From NCBI RefSeq assembly GCF_009914755.1, contig NC_060936.1: a DNA stretch of 64,000 nucleotides. One strand, written 5' to 3'. Shown here one piece after another: positions 14,631-27,844 of this stretch (position 1 is the stretch's first letter; the number at the start of each line of letters is the position of its first letter). Under the pieces are notes generated by a model. It saw nothing but the letters and a program-made list of their open reading frames with translations. It had not been told where the DNA came from and did no database searches. The position numbers were made by a program, and so were the translations under genes. The stretch is from the human T2T-CHM13v2.0 reference genome, Homo sapiens.

Positions 14631-16889
14631 CTATTCAAAGACAGGAGTCCTCACCATCCTTGCCCAGCTATTCAAAGATGAGGACTCCACGGCAGAACTA
14701 TTTAGAGGCTATGATTTTTTCGCTCTAATATATCACATTTCTGGTTGATGTAAATGACACTTTAAAATGAGAAACATACTATATTTATATCTTACTGGTA
14801 GTGAAAAATTAGCTTTCATATGCTCCAGATGCTATTTGATACACATCTGTCTGCCTACGCTCCATGTCAAACTAAAATCCATTCTCATAGTGAAATGTTC
14901 TCTGAACTTGAGCCAAATTGCCTTAAAGTACCCTTCATTCTATAAACTATAAGGATAGTACTTCCTTTAATGTGACAAGAAATCACATTGTCAGGTTTCC
15001 CTGATTCACCCTAATAATTGCACTTACTTGAATCACACTGCAACATAAGTTGTTTTCAGATTGATCTTTAAATTCATAGGATGAAGAAGATAACAGTTAT
15101 GGGAAAAATTCCAGCTTTGCCATTCTTATTCTTGTAATTGGCCAGTCTTTTCATAGTTTCAGGATAAAGATACGGAGACCAACAGGGTGACACAGATATT
15201 TTCCCTCTCTCTTGCACTTCAAACTACAGAGGCGCTAAAATAATGACTCTACTATTGTTACTAGCAAGGAGGTTTGAAGATTGTTTTGTCTCTTTATCTG
15301 TGTTTTGAAAAGTCTTAACAAAAGTAACTTCTGAAGTCACTGTTATCTAGCCCAATTTTGCCTAAGGGGCTGAAGAAAAGAAAGACGTCTACATATTTTC
15401 AGAAATAGGCAAGACTATTTCATGATAACAAGTCATATTTAGGATTCTGATCTGAAATTGTGCGAGAAGTCCAAACTGCCTACAAACAGCAGCTGTGATT
15501 AAAGAAATATAGCTGTCTAAATCTGGCAAGATAAGTAAGAAAATAACCCAGTGTTTATTGTTTCCTAATGGGATACAGGCAGACAAATGCAACTGGTGGT
15601 CACACCCATGATGCATTATACACCCCAGTGAGATCTTCTGACAGCTTTGGGGAAGGCTGTATAGTCAGAACAAGCCTCATATCTAATCCACAACAGAGAA
15701 AGCAGAAGGGAAGAATTCCATGCTCACTTTTTCTTCTTTCCCACTTGCTGTGGAAATAAAATCTATAATATAGTGTCATATTACTTATTAATGACAATAA
15801 TAACCTGTTAGAACTCCTACAGTGTATTGGGCACTGTACCATGGACCTTACTTAAATTATCTCCTTTAATCTTCATTATGACCCAATAAGGTAATTGTTT
15901 CCATTATCCTCATAAAAGAAAAATAATTACCATATACACCAAAATATAAGGTGGGGGAGATTATTTTCCCTAAATTATCCATCAGAAAAAAACTGCTTCA
16001 TATTCAATTCTTCAGAAAATCCTCCAAATATTATAAGGCACTGTTTTAGTTACTAAATTTTGAATGTCAGAATATCTTGAGAAAGATATATTTCCCTAAA
16101 ATGACCATAATTGGTGCTAGCTTGAATGCTCATAAAGTAATCTGGTAGAATTTGTGTTTTTAAAAAAAGAAACAAAGAAGATAATCTTTAACATAGGTAA
16201 TTATTTCTGGAAGGCAACAGAAAACGCTCATGATGCAAGTCTTTTTGAATCACTCTAAGAGGTCAGAATAAACATAATGAATGTTCACCTAATGAATTCT
16301 AAAATAGTTTTTTAAGGTTATGTAAATGTATGTTTTGGGGGTAGGATAAAATTTCTAGTGACAGTATCAAACACAGATTCAAATAGTTTGGATTCTCATG
16401 CAACTTAAATGGATATCAGGATATGCCCTAAATCACTGCATGTGGCAGGTCAGAAAGTGGCCCCCAAAATGACAGAGACACTGATGTCAGAGTTGTTCAG
16501 AAAGAATTTGAATCAAAGTATTTCATGAAGTGTAAGACTGGGGGCTGGGGGAAGCAATACTTCTAAATTAATGTTATTTCACATGTATTTTTTTTTTTTT
16601 TACTGTAACTAATTGTGTAAATGTTACAAATATACCTTTCTGGTTTTTAACAGATTCAATGGAGTGTGGTCCAGTAGACAGAGTAAGCTAGAAGGAAGTA
16701 GGCAAGTTGAGTGAGAAGATAGGAATGAGCTTTTAAAAGTTCAGCATAGAGATCCAATTGTGTTCCACTCAGTTTATGGAATTCCTCTGACGTGCAAGGC
16801 ACTGGAGTAGGCCTACACAGGATACCTAGATGAATATTCATGGCATTGCTATCCACCCAGTCCCCTAAGTTAGAAACCTTGCAGATTTA

Positions 16890-17150
16890 GTAATAATAAA
16901 AATACCAATAACATATTTGATGCAAGATACCATTCTAAGTGCTTTTTACTTTTTAATATTATTTAATTTTCAAAACAACCCTATGACGTATCAACAATTA
17001 TTGTTATTATTCCCATTTTACAAATGAAGAAACTGAGGTTAAGTAACTTATCAAAGGCTACAAAGTTAGTAAATGGCCATTTTAGGAGTCAAAACAGGGA
17101 ATCTGGTGCTTAAGTCTATGCTCTTAATCATTAGGTTACACTGCCTCTCT
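16890..17150 (-). mobile_element. MIRb
   Basis: Core 'cccattttacaaatgaagaaactgaggttaagtaactta'. Confidence 0.85.
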
Positions 17151-18498
17151 TATCTTCCTCTCCTTTCCCTCCTCCCTATAGCTAATCTGTTCCCACATTT
17201 TGCAAAGGAGAGCCACACCTCCGTGAGTTCTAGCTAACACATTTATAAAATGGCAAATAGGAGTGAAAATAACTGGAGTATTAATTCTTATCTTTTCAAA
17301 GAATGCAAACTCCTTTCAATATCAGATGAAAGTTACAGACCCGCTCCAGACAGTCTCAAATTTTACACATAACTTTAGGAAATTCATAGCCAATTCAAAA
17401 ATCCCAGGACACAGAGTCTTAAACCAGACAAATGTGAATGCGATTGATGGATGCTCCCAGTTGAGGACTAGATTTTGCGCAACTGCGGCCATAAAGATTG
17501 ATGACTTCCCCTGGAGGAAAGAACGTGATTAGCCTTATATAGACCAGCATGGAATGCCAAATAAATCCCTGAATGAGGCAGAGACAATCCAACACAGGAG
17601 GAAGAGAATGAGACAGAATCAGTACAATGTAAAAGGAAGAGAATCTGAGCAACACCAAGACCAACATGACTGTAGTATTTGTGGCCCACACTATAGTTAT
17701 AAATTAGATCATTTATGATTGGCTGCCAGTGAAGCAAGATTGCAAAAAAACACTTACTCCCTCCTCTGACCCCAACTCTGGATATGCGACAAAAGCAAGA
17801 GACTAGTTAATGGACCCCTAAAGTGGGAAATCTTTAGGGAGACAGACATAGTTGAGTTCCAGTTTGGGGAAGAAATGTTAGCCTTGCACAAGGGAGAGCC
17901 AGATGCAGAGATGATGGTAGTTTGGGGGAAGTTTGACATTTTCTATTTGTATTTTTTTCTATGCCTCACATTTCCATAGGCCTGTCTTATGGCCATGGTG
18001 GGAGAGATAGGCAGCAGCACCAACTTCAGCCAGCGGATAGAGTAAGGCTAGGGAAGTATTAGATCCTAGTTAAGGTGAGTGACAACAGGTGCATGTGGTC
18101 TAGCTGGCCTTGAGAACCTTCTCCTCTCCCTATCCTGTTATAGGCTGGGTAATTACAACAGAAGGAGGTAGCCTTGAAAATGAGCATTGGCAGGATTTTA
18201 CTGAGAGGTTCTGGGTATATGTGTGTGTGTAGAGGCAGGTAAATGGGAATGATTGAAATACCAGAGGCTCTACATCGTAATTCCTGTTTTTTCCCCATAC
18301 ATTTAGGTGAATATAAGCTGAGGCCTGTGGTTTTTGCCTGTCCCTCAAGTATATGTTATCAGCCAAAGTAGCTGGTATATCACAGTGAATGTTAATTCCC
18401 AGAAGGAAAAAATAAGATGCCTGAGAAGCATGAGCATTATAAAATAAAAGCCAAAAATCAAACATTTTATATAAGAGAAAGCAGAATTAATTAACCAG

Positions 18499-19818
<1,320 letters not shown>

Positions 19819-21030
19819 TCAGGTTAAAGAACTCTATGGAAAACTATCAGAAAGGACTAAAGACAGAAAACATAAAGATAAATTTTAAAAATATGGAGGG
19901 ATCTTAAAATGTTAAGATCTACATAATAGAAGTTCCAGAAGGAGATAAAAGTGATCAGGTTTGGGAGAACAGAGCAGGAAAGTTTTGAAGAAATAATAAT
20001 CAAGATGTAAGACCCCAAATTTAAAGGAATCACAGAGACTAGAACTCACATAAAACACAAGAAAAAATTACAACAAAATTCATGATAGTAAAATTTGAGA
20101 ATATCAAAAACAAAGAAAAATTCTAAAGCTCTTCCAGTGAGAAAAGCAAATACTTGCATAGGAATGAGAGTCAAATTAATATTAAACTTCTCAAAAACAA
20201 CATTGAATGTAAGAGGATAATGAGGTACTATTTTCAAAATTTTGATAAAATCAACATTTATTAAAGCAAAGATTTTATATCTAGCTAAACCCTTGTTTGA
20301 ATATAAACCTACAATAAATTTATCCTCAAACATAATAAAAAAGGTTTATGGAAAGGGGGTTAAAAAATAGGTTAGCACATGAAAGCCTATTTTAAAAGCA
20401 CCCTGAGGGGAAATAGTCCAATAAGAAGATCAATAAATCCAGGAGAAAGCATCAAAATATAGGAAGAAATATTATTGATAGCTATATTAGTTTGTTTTTT
20501 GTTGCTATAACACAGTACTACAAACTGAGTAATTTATAAAGCAAAGTTTATTTGTCACATGGTTGTGGAGACTGGGAAGTCCAAGGGCAAATAGGCACCA
20601 GCATCTGGTGAGGAGCCTCGTGTTGCACCACAACTTGTCAGAAGGCATCATGTGGTGAGAAGGCAAGAGCAAGAGAGCCAGAGAGAGCTTGCTTTTATAA
20701 CTAGCCTATTCCCATGTTAGAAACATTAATCCATTTATAAAGGCAGAGCTGACAACCTATTCATGAATGCAGAGGGAGTATGTTTCAACACATGAACTTT
20801 TGGGGGACACATTCACACCATAGCATTCCACCTTCAGCCCCCAAAATTCATGTTCTTCTCACATACAAAATACATTCACTCCATCCCAATAACCCCAAAG
20901 TCTTATCTCATTCCAGCACCAACTCAAAAGTCCAGAGTCTCATCTAAATCAGATATGGGTGAAACTGAAGGCATAATTCATTCTATGGCAAATTCCCGCC
21001 AGCTGTGAGGCTGTGAAATCAAAACAAGTT

Positions 21031-21612
21031 GCCATCCCATTACAGGGTATATACCCAAGGGATTATGAATCATGCTGCTATAAAGACATATGCACACGTA
21101 TGTTTATAGCAGCACTATTTACAATAGCAAAGACTTGGAACCAACCTAAATGTCCAACAACGATAGACTGGATTAAGAAAATGTGGCACATATACACCAT
21201 GGAATACTAGGCAGCCATAAAAAATGATGAGTTCATGTCCTTTGTAGGGACGTGGATGAAACTGGAAACCATCATTCTCAGCAAACTATCGCAAGGACAA
21301 AAAACCAAACACCGCATGTTCTCACTCATAGGTGGGAACTGAACAATGAGAACACATGGACACAGAAAGGGGAACATCACACACTGGGGACTGTTGTGGG
21401 GTGGGGGGAGGGGGGAGGGATAGCATTAGGAGATATACCTAATGCTAAATGACGAGTTAATGGGCACAGCACACCGACATGGCACATGTATACATATGTA
21501 ACAAACCTGCACGTTGTGCACATGTACCCTAAAACTTAAAGTATAATAATTAAAAAATAAATAAATAAATAAAGTATTATTGGAAGGAGAAAACAAAACA
21601 AAACAAAACAAA
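21031..21612 (+). mobile_element. 5'-truncated L1PA (L1PA3/4-like) with a double tail
   Basis: ORF2 C-terminus and 3'UTR with G-tract; TSD AAAACAAGTTG at 21021-21031 and 21613-21623. Confidence 0.95.
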
Positions 21613-22733
21613 AAAACAAGTTGTCTACTTCATTGTCCCACCAAAATACAATGGTGGGACAGGCATAGGATAGACATTCCCATTCCAAAAGGGAGAAAGA
21701 AGTAAGAAAAAAGGGATTACTGATCCTAAGTAAGTCTAAAAATCAACAGACAAAACAGCATTAAACCTTAAAGTTTCAGAATGATCTTTCATTCTATGTG
21801 CCACGTCCTGGACACACTGGAGGATTTATGTCCTAAAGCCTCAAGCAGCCCCATCTGTATGGCTTTGCTGGGCTCATGCCATGCAACAGTTCTCATGGGT
21901 TAGAGTCTCATGCCTGCAGTTCTCCCAGGCTAGTGTGGCACACTGGTAACTACAGTTCTCAGGTTCTAGGCGTGGCTCTGCTTCTGGAGCTCCACTAGGT
22001 ATTGTTCTAGTGGGGGTTATCCATGGCAGCACCAGCTCTGACTCACATTTCCACCCAGCATTGCCCTAGAAGGGGCTTTCTGCAGTGGCTCTAACTCCTG
22101 CAATAAGGCTCTGCCTGGGCTACCAGGCTGCTTGCAACATCCTTTGAAATCTAGAAAGAGGAAGTAATGCCCCCACAGCTCTTGCATTCTGCTTTACTTA
22201 AATCAGCAGTGTTAGCACCTCATGAGCACCACCAAGGTTTACCACTTGTACCTTTTGGAGTGGCGGGTCAAGCCACACCTGGGCCCACTTGAGCCACAGC
22301 GTGGGTAGCTGGAAAGAACAGCTTCAGAATGCAGGGAGCAAAACCTAAGGTGGCCCTGAGCAAGGGCTTGTCCTCCAAAACCATTCTGTTCTCTAGAACC
22401 CTGGGCCTGTGTTAGGAGAGACAGCCTTCAAGATCTCTGAAATGCCTTTGGGGTTTTTCTCTTATTGTCCTGATGAACAGTCTCCGGCTTTGTTCTATTC
22501 ACACTAATTTCTGTATCAATCAGTTGCTTGGTCACACCCTTGGTTTCCTCTGCTAAAAAGCCCTTTCATTGTCTACCATATAGCCAGGCTGCAAAGTTTC
22601 CAGATCTTTCCACTCTGCTTCCCTTTTAATTATAAATTATATCTTTAAATCATCTCTTTCCTCTTATTTTACTATAAGCAGTTAAAAGTAGCCATGCAGC
22701 AGCCTGAATGCTTTGATGTTTAAATATTTCTTC

Positions 22734-22843
22734 CAATATTTGTCAAACCTGTGAGCTCTAAAGCATGAAGAATGAAATCCAGGGCAACATAAGAGGATAT
22801 GGTGGTGTGTGGTTAATTTTGTGTGTCAACTTGGCTAAGCCAC
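22734..22843 (+). repeat. Dispersed ~110-bp copy of 26059-26166 inserted in MST-int
   Basis: Ungapped 73/83 identity between 22738-22820 and 26066-26148. Confidence 0.9.
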
Positions 22844-23170
22844 TAGATATTCCAGTTCATCACTCTTAAATTCCACTTTCCATAAAGTTTTCAGGCGCAG
22901 ACACAGTTCAGCCAAGTTCTTTTCCACTTTATAACAAGAATGGCCTTTACTCCAATTTCCAATACCTTATTTCTCAGTCCCATCTGAGACATAAGACCTC
23001 ATCAGAATGGCCTTAGTGTCCATAGTTCTATCAACATTCTGGTCACAATTACTTAAGTAATCTCTAAGAAGTTCCAGACTATCCTTAGTCTTCTCTTCTT
23101 CCAAGCCCACATCAAAATCACTCTTAACATTTCATTCAAGCTAGTACAGACTTTTTCTAGCCTACTTCTC

Positions 23171-25572
23171 TGTATTAGTCTCTTTTCACACTGCTATAAA
23201 GATACTACCTGAGACTGAGTAATTTATGAAGAAAAGAGGTTTAATTGACTCACAGTTCCACATGGCTGGGGAAGCCTCAGGAAACTTAAAGTCATGGCAA
23301 AAGGCAAAGGGGAAGCAAGGCATGTGTTCCATGATGGTAGGCAAGAGAGAGGGAGCACAGGAAAAACTGCCACTTTTGAAACCATCAGATCTTGTGAGAA
23401 ATCCCTCAATATCATGAGAACAGCATGGGGAAAACTGCCCCATGATTCAATCACCTCCCACCAGGTCCCTCCCTGGATACGTGGGGATTACAATTCAGAT
23501 TACAATTCGAGATGAGATTTGAGTGGGAATACAGCCAAATCATATCATTCTGCCCCAATCCCTCCCAAATCACATGTCCTTTTTACATTTCAAAACCAAT
23601 CATGCCTTCCCAACAGTCCTCCAAAGACTTAACTCTTTCCAGATTAACTCAAAAGTTCAAGTCCAAAGTCTCATCTGAGACAAGGCAAGTCCCTTCTGCC
23701 TATGAGCCTGTAAAAATCAAAAACAAGTTAGTTACTTTCAAGATACAATAGGGGTACAGGCATTGGGTAAATGTTCCCATTCCAAATGGGAAAAACAAAG
23801 GGGCTACAAGCCCCATGCAGTCCAAAATCTAGCAGGGCAATCATTAAATCTTAAAGCTCCAAAATAATCCCCTTTGACTCTATGTCTCACATCCAGGGCA
23901 TGCTGATGCAAGGGGTGGGTTCCCATAGCTTTGGGCAGCTCCACCCCTGTGGCTTTGCAGGGTACAGTTCCTTTAGCTGCTTTTATGAGCTGGCATTGAG
24001 TGCCTTCTGGTTTTCCAGGTGCACAATGCAAGCTGTTGATGGACCTACCATTCTGGGGTCTAGAGGATGGTGGCTCCCTTCTCACAGCTCCACTAGGCCA
24101 TACCCCAGTAAGGACTCTGTGTTGGGGCTCCAACCCCACATTTCCCTTCAGTACTACCCTAGCAGAGGTTCTCAATGTGGGCCCCACCCTTGTAGCTGAC
24201 TTCTGCCTGGACAGCCAGGCATTTCCATACATCCTCTGAAATCTAGGTGGAGGCTCCCAAAGCTCAACTCTTGTCTTCTGTGCACCCCCAGGCCCAAAAC
24301 CATGTGGAAGCTGCCAAGGCTTTGGGCTTTCACCCTCTGAAGCAATGGCCCCAGCTGTACCTTGGCCCCTTTTAGCCACGGCTGGAGCTGGAGCAGCTGG
24401 GGTGCAGGGCACTTGTTGTCCCAAGACTGCAAAGAGCACTGTGGCCCTGGGCCTGGCCCACAAAACCATTTTTCCCTTTTAGGCCTCTGGGCCTGTGATG
24501 GGAGGGTCTGCAGTGAAGGTCTCTGACATGCCTTGAAGACATTTTCCTCATTGTCTTTGGTATTAACAGTCAGCTCCTCCTCGTTACTTATGCAAATTTC
24601 GGCAGGAGGCTTGAATTCCTCCCCAAAAAATGGGTTTTTCTTTTCTGCCACATGGTTAGGCTACAAATTTTCCAAACTTTTATGCTTTGCTTCCCATTTA
24701 AACATATGTCCCAGTTTCAAACCATTTCTTTGTGAGCACATATAACTACATGCTTTCAGGAAAAACCAGGTCAGCTCTTGAATGCTTTGCTGCTTAGAAA
24801 TTTCTCCCACCAGATACCCTAAATTATCTCTCTCAAGTTCAAAGTTCCATAGATCTCTAGGGTAGGGGCAAAATGCCACCAGTTTCTTTGCTAAAGCATA
24901 GCAAAAGTGACCTTTGCTATTGACTTATTGGGAACTAGTTTCCAATAAGTTCCTCATCTCCATCTGAGACCACCTCTGCCTGGACTTTATTGTCCATATT
25001 ACTATCAGCATTTTTATCAAAACCATTAAACAAGTCTCTAGGAAGTTCCAAACTTTCCCTCATCTTCCTGTCCCCTTCTGCACCAAACTGTTCTAACCTC
25101 TGCCCATTAGCCAGTTCCAAAGTTGCTTCCACATTTTCAGGTTGTCTTTACAGCAATACCCCACTATCCCAATACCAATTCTCTGTATTAGTACATTTTC
25201 ACACTGCTATAAAGATACTATCCGAGACTGGGTAATTTATGAAGAAAAGAGGTTTAATTGACTCACAGCTCCACATCGCTGACGAGGCCTCAAGAAACTT
25301 ACAATCATGGTGGAAGGTGAAGGGGAAGCAAGGCACATTTTACATGATGGTAGGCGAGAGAGAGCCAGAGAGCGAGAGAGCACAGGAAAACTAGCAACTT
25401 TAAAACCATCAGATCTCATGAGAAGCCCCTCACTATCATGAGAACAGCATGGGGGAAACTGCCCCCATGATCCAATCACCTCCCATCAGGTTCCTCAGTG
25501 GACACATAGGGATTACAATTTGGATTAAAATTTGAGATGAGATTTGGGTGGGGACACAGCCAAATCATATCA
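23171..25572 (-). mobile_element. Complete MSTA (MSTA/THE1D-like) MaLR provirus; LTRs 23171-23547 and 25184-25572
   Basis: Two TGTATTAG...CATATCA LTRs, ~1.6-kb internal region; TSD TTCTC/TTCCC. Confidence 0.92.
23804..24469 (-). pseudogene. Remnant of the MaLR internal ORF
   Basis: Translation 'ASEGESPKPWQLPHG...WEPPPRFQRMYGNAW...SSRPQNGRS' typical of THE1/MST-int; neighbouring frames are broken. Confidence 0.7.
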
Positions 25573-26133
25573 TTCCCCAAATTCTTCTAGCATCTTCCGA
25601 GTTCCAAAGTTGCTTCCGCATTTCCGGGTATTGGTTATCGCAACAACTCCCTTCCTGTTACCAATTTTCTTTCTTAGTCCATTATCTGATGCTATATCAG
25701 AATACCATAGACTGAGCAAATTATAAAGAAAAAAGGTTTATTTAATTTCATGGTTCTGGAGGCTGAGAAGTCTAAAAGCATGGTGCCAGCATCTGGGGAG
25801 GGCCTTTGTGTTACATCATTACATGGTGGAAGGCATTCACATGATGAGAGGACAAGAGCAAGAAAGCCAGAGAGACCTCACTTTTATGACAAAGCCACTC
25901 CCATGGTAATGAGCTCACTCCAGTGATAGCAACATTTCTCCATTCATGAGGGAAGAAGCCTTGTTAATCCATAAACCTATTCATAACAGCAGGGGTATTA
26001 TATTTCCAACACATAAAATTTGGGGAGACACATTCAAACCATAGTAATAGCTTTTAAACAATATAATTTGTCAAACCTATGAGCTCCAAAGTGTGAAAAA
26101 TGAAAGCCAGGACAACATAAAAGGATCTGGTGA

Positions 26134-26578
26134 TGTGTGGTTAATTTTACATCTTGGCTAAGACACGGTAGCCAGATATTTGGTCAACAATCTGAATGTT
26201 GCTGTGAAGGCATTTTTTATGTAAAATTAACATTCTAATCAGTAGACTTTAACTAAAGCAGATTACCCTCCAGAACGTGATGGGGAGACTCATCTAATCA
26301 GTGGCCTTAAGAAAAAGACTGACCTCCCCCAAGGAAGAGGGAATTCTGCTAGCAAAATGCTTTCAGACTCAAACTGCAACATCAACTCTTCCCTAGGTCT
26401 CCAGCCTACCATGCAGATTTTGGACTTGCCAGCCTCCACAATCACATGAGCCAATTCCCTTCCTTAAAACTAATCTCTTTTTTCTCTCTTGCGATATACA
26501 TACATATATGGGTATATTTGTTCTGTTTCTATATGTGTTCTATTTGTTCTGTTTCTCTGGAGAGCCCTGGCTGATAGA
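26134..26578 (+). mobile_element. MLT2 (C/D-like) solo LTR
   Basis: 'tgtgtggttaatttt...ccagatatttggtcaa...cagattaccctcc...ttctgtttctctggagagccctg'. Confidence 0.85.
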
Positions 26579-27844
26579 GGGTATGCTATAGGAAGCAATT
26601 AACATGTCTACTTATATTTATTTTTCAATCCGCATTCTAAAAACAAATTCTTCACGAAACCTTTACATGTATATAATCTATTACTATAGTGTATATAATG
26701 TAATTTAAAATTAAGTATATGTACATACTTGCTCAATTTTTAAAAACCTAATATGAGCACACAGCCAAAAAAGTTTGAAGATCACTAGTTGAAACAATGA
26801 CAATGAATAAGTAATATATTCATAAAGTCCATAATGAAAAGTATAATTATAGTATTCCAAAATCAAGGGGATGTCAGACAGAGAAGTAGAGGCCAATGGA
26901 AAGGAAGCAACCTAAGGTACCTATCTTATTTTGAGGATAGGCACAGACATCGATAAGCTTAAGACATTGGTGGGGAAAACACATTCTTTATGAAAAATTA
27001 TGTGCAATTCCTTCTGAAACACATAAAATTAAATATTTCAATTTTTTTATTGATAAAAACTCTTTCAGGTATTGATATAGAAAGATACATGTAGGTGCTC
27101 ACAAATGAATTCCAATGTTAAACAGCAATCACTGAAGTGGCTGCAAAATAGAGTGCATAAAACATTGGAGTAGGGGAAGAAAATGCATGAACTTCAGTTT
27201 ATATCTATTTTTATTTCATACATGTTAATTTCTATCTTTGTGTGTGTGTTACAATATAAAATAGAATAAATGCCTAATTTATTAATAAATATGTATATGT
27301 TTGAGGTGGGTATTTTTTTTTTTAATGTGGTGAATACTGCCCTGGAGAATAATGCCTAAGCAGATGCTATTCTTATCTGAGTGTCTACTCGTTACACTTT
27401 CTTTCCTGTCAAACTCCTATTCATCGTTTATGTCAATGTAGCTCAGGATCCACCCTTTGTAACAGACACTTTCCATGGAGTCTGGCCAGCAGGTACTGTC
27501 AATCCCCCCTCCCACTCACAGGGACAGGTTCCACCACACATTTGTGTTTGCCGAAGATTCTGAGTACCTTAGTTACTGGCGATTAGTCCAGAACCAGAAT
27601 GAACTTGAACAGAGTTTGATTAACTAGATTCACCCTCTGAGAAATTTGGATTCAGAGATACTAATTAAATTCTGTTCATCAATAGACACAACAAAGACCT
27701 GTAAATCTGAAAACTATGAGGTAGGTACCTATCACTGGAACTAAGGAAAAGAATTTCATCTTTGCTTAGCCTTGTTAAGGGAGGCATTGCATTACCAAGA
27801 TTTATTTAGTCTGCAAAGATCTGTAGTGCTAGTAATTTTTTTCT

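Larger units (their letters stand above)
20483..26046 (-). mobile_element. Two-LTR MSTC/MSTD-like MaLR provirus (LTRs 20483-20825 and 25670-26046), host of nested insertions
   Basis: Two similar LTRs ending 'acattca(c/a)accatag(c/t)a'; MST-int between them; 5-bp TSD ATAGC at 20478-20482 and 26047-26051. Confidence 0.88.
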
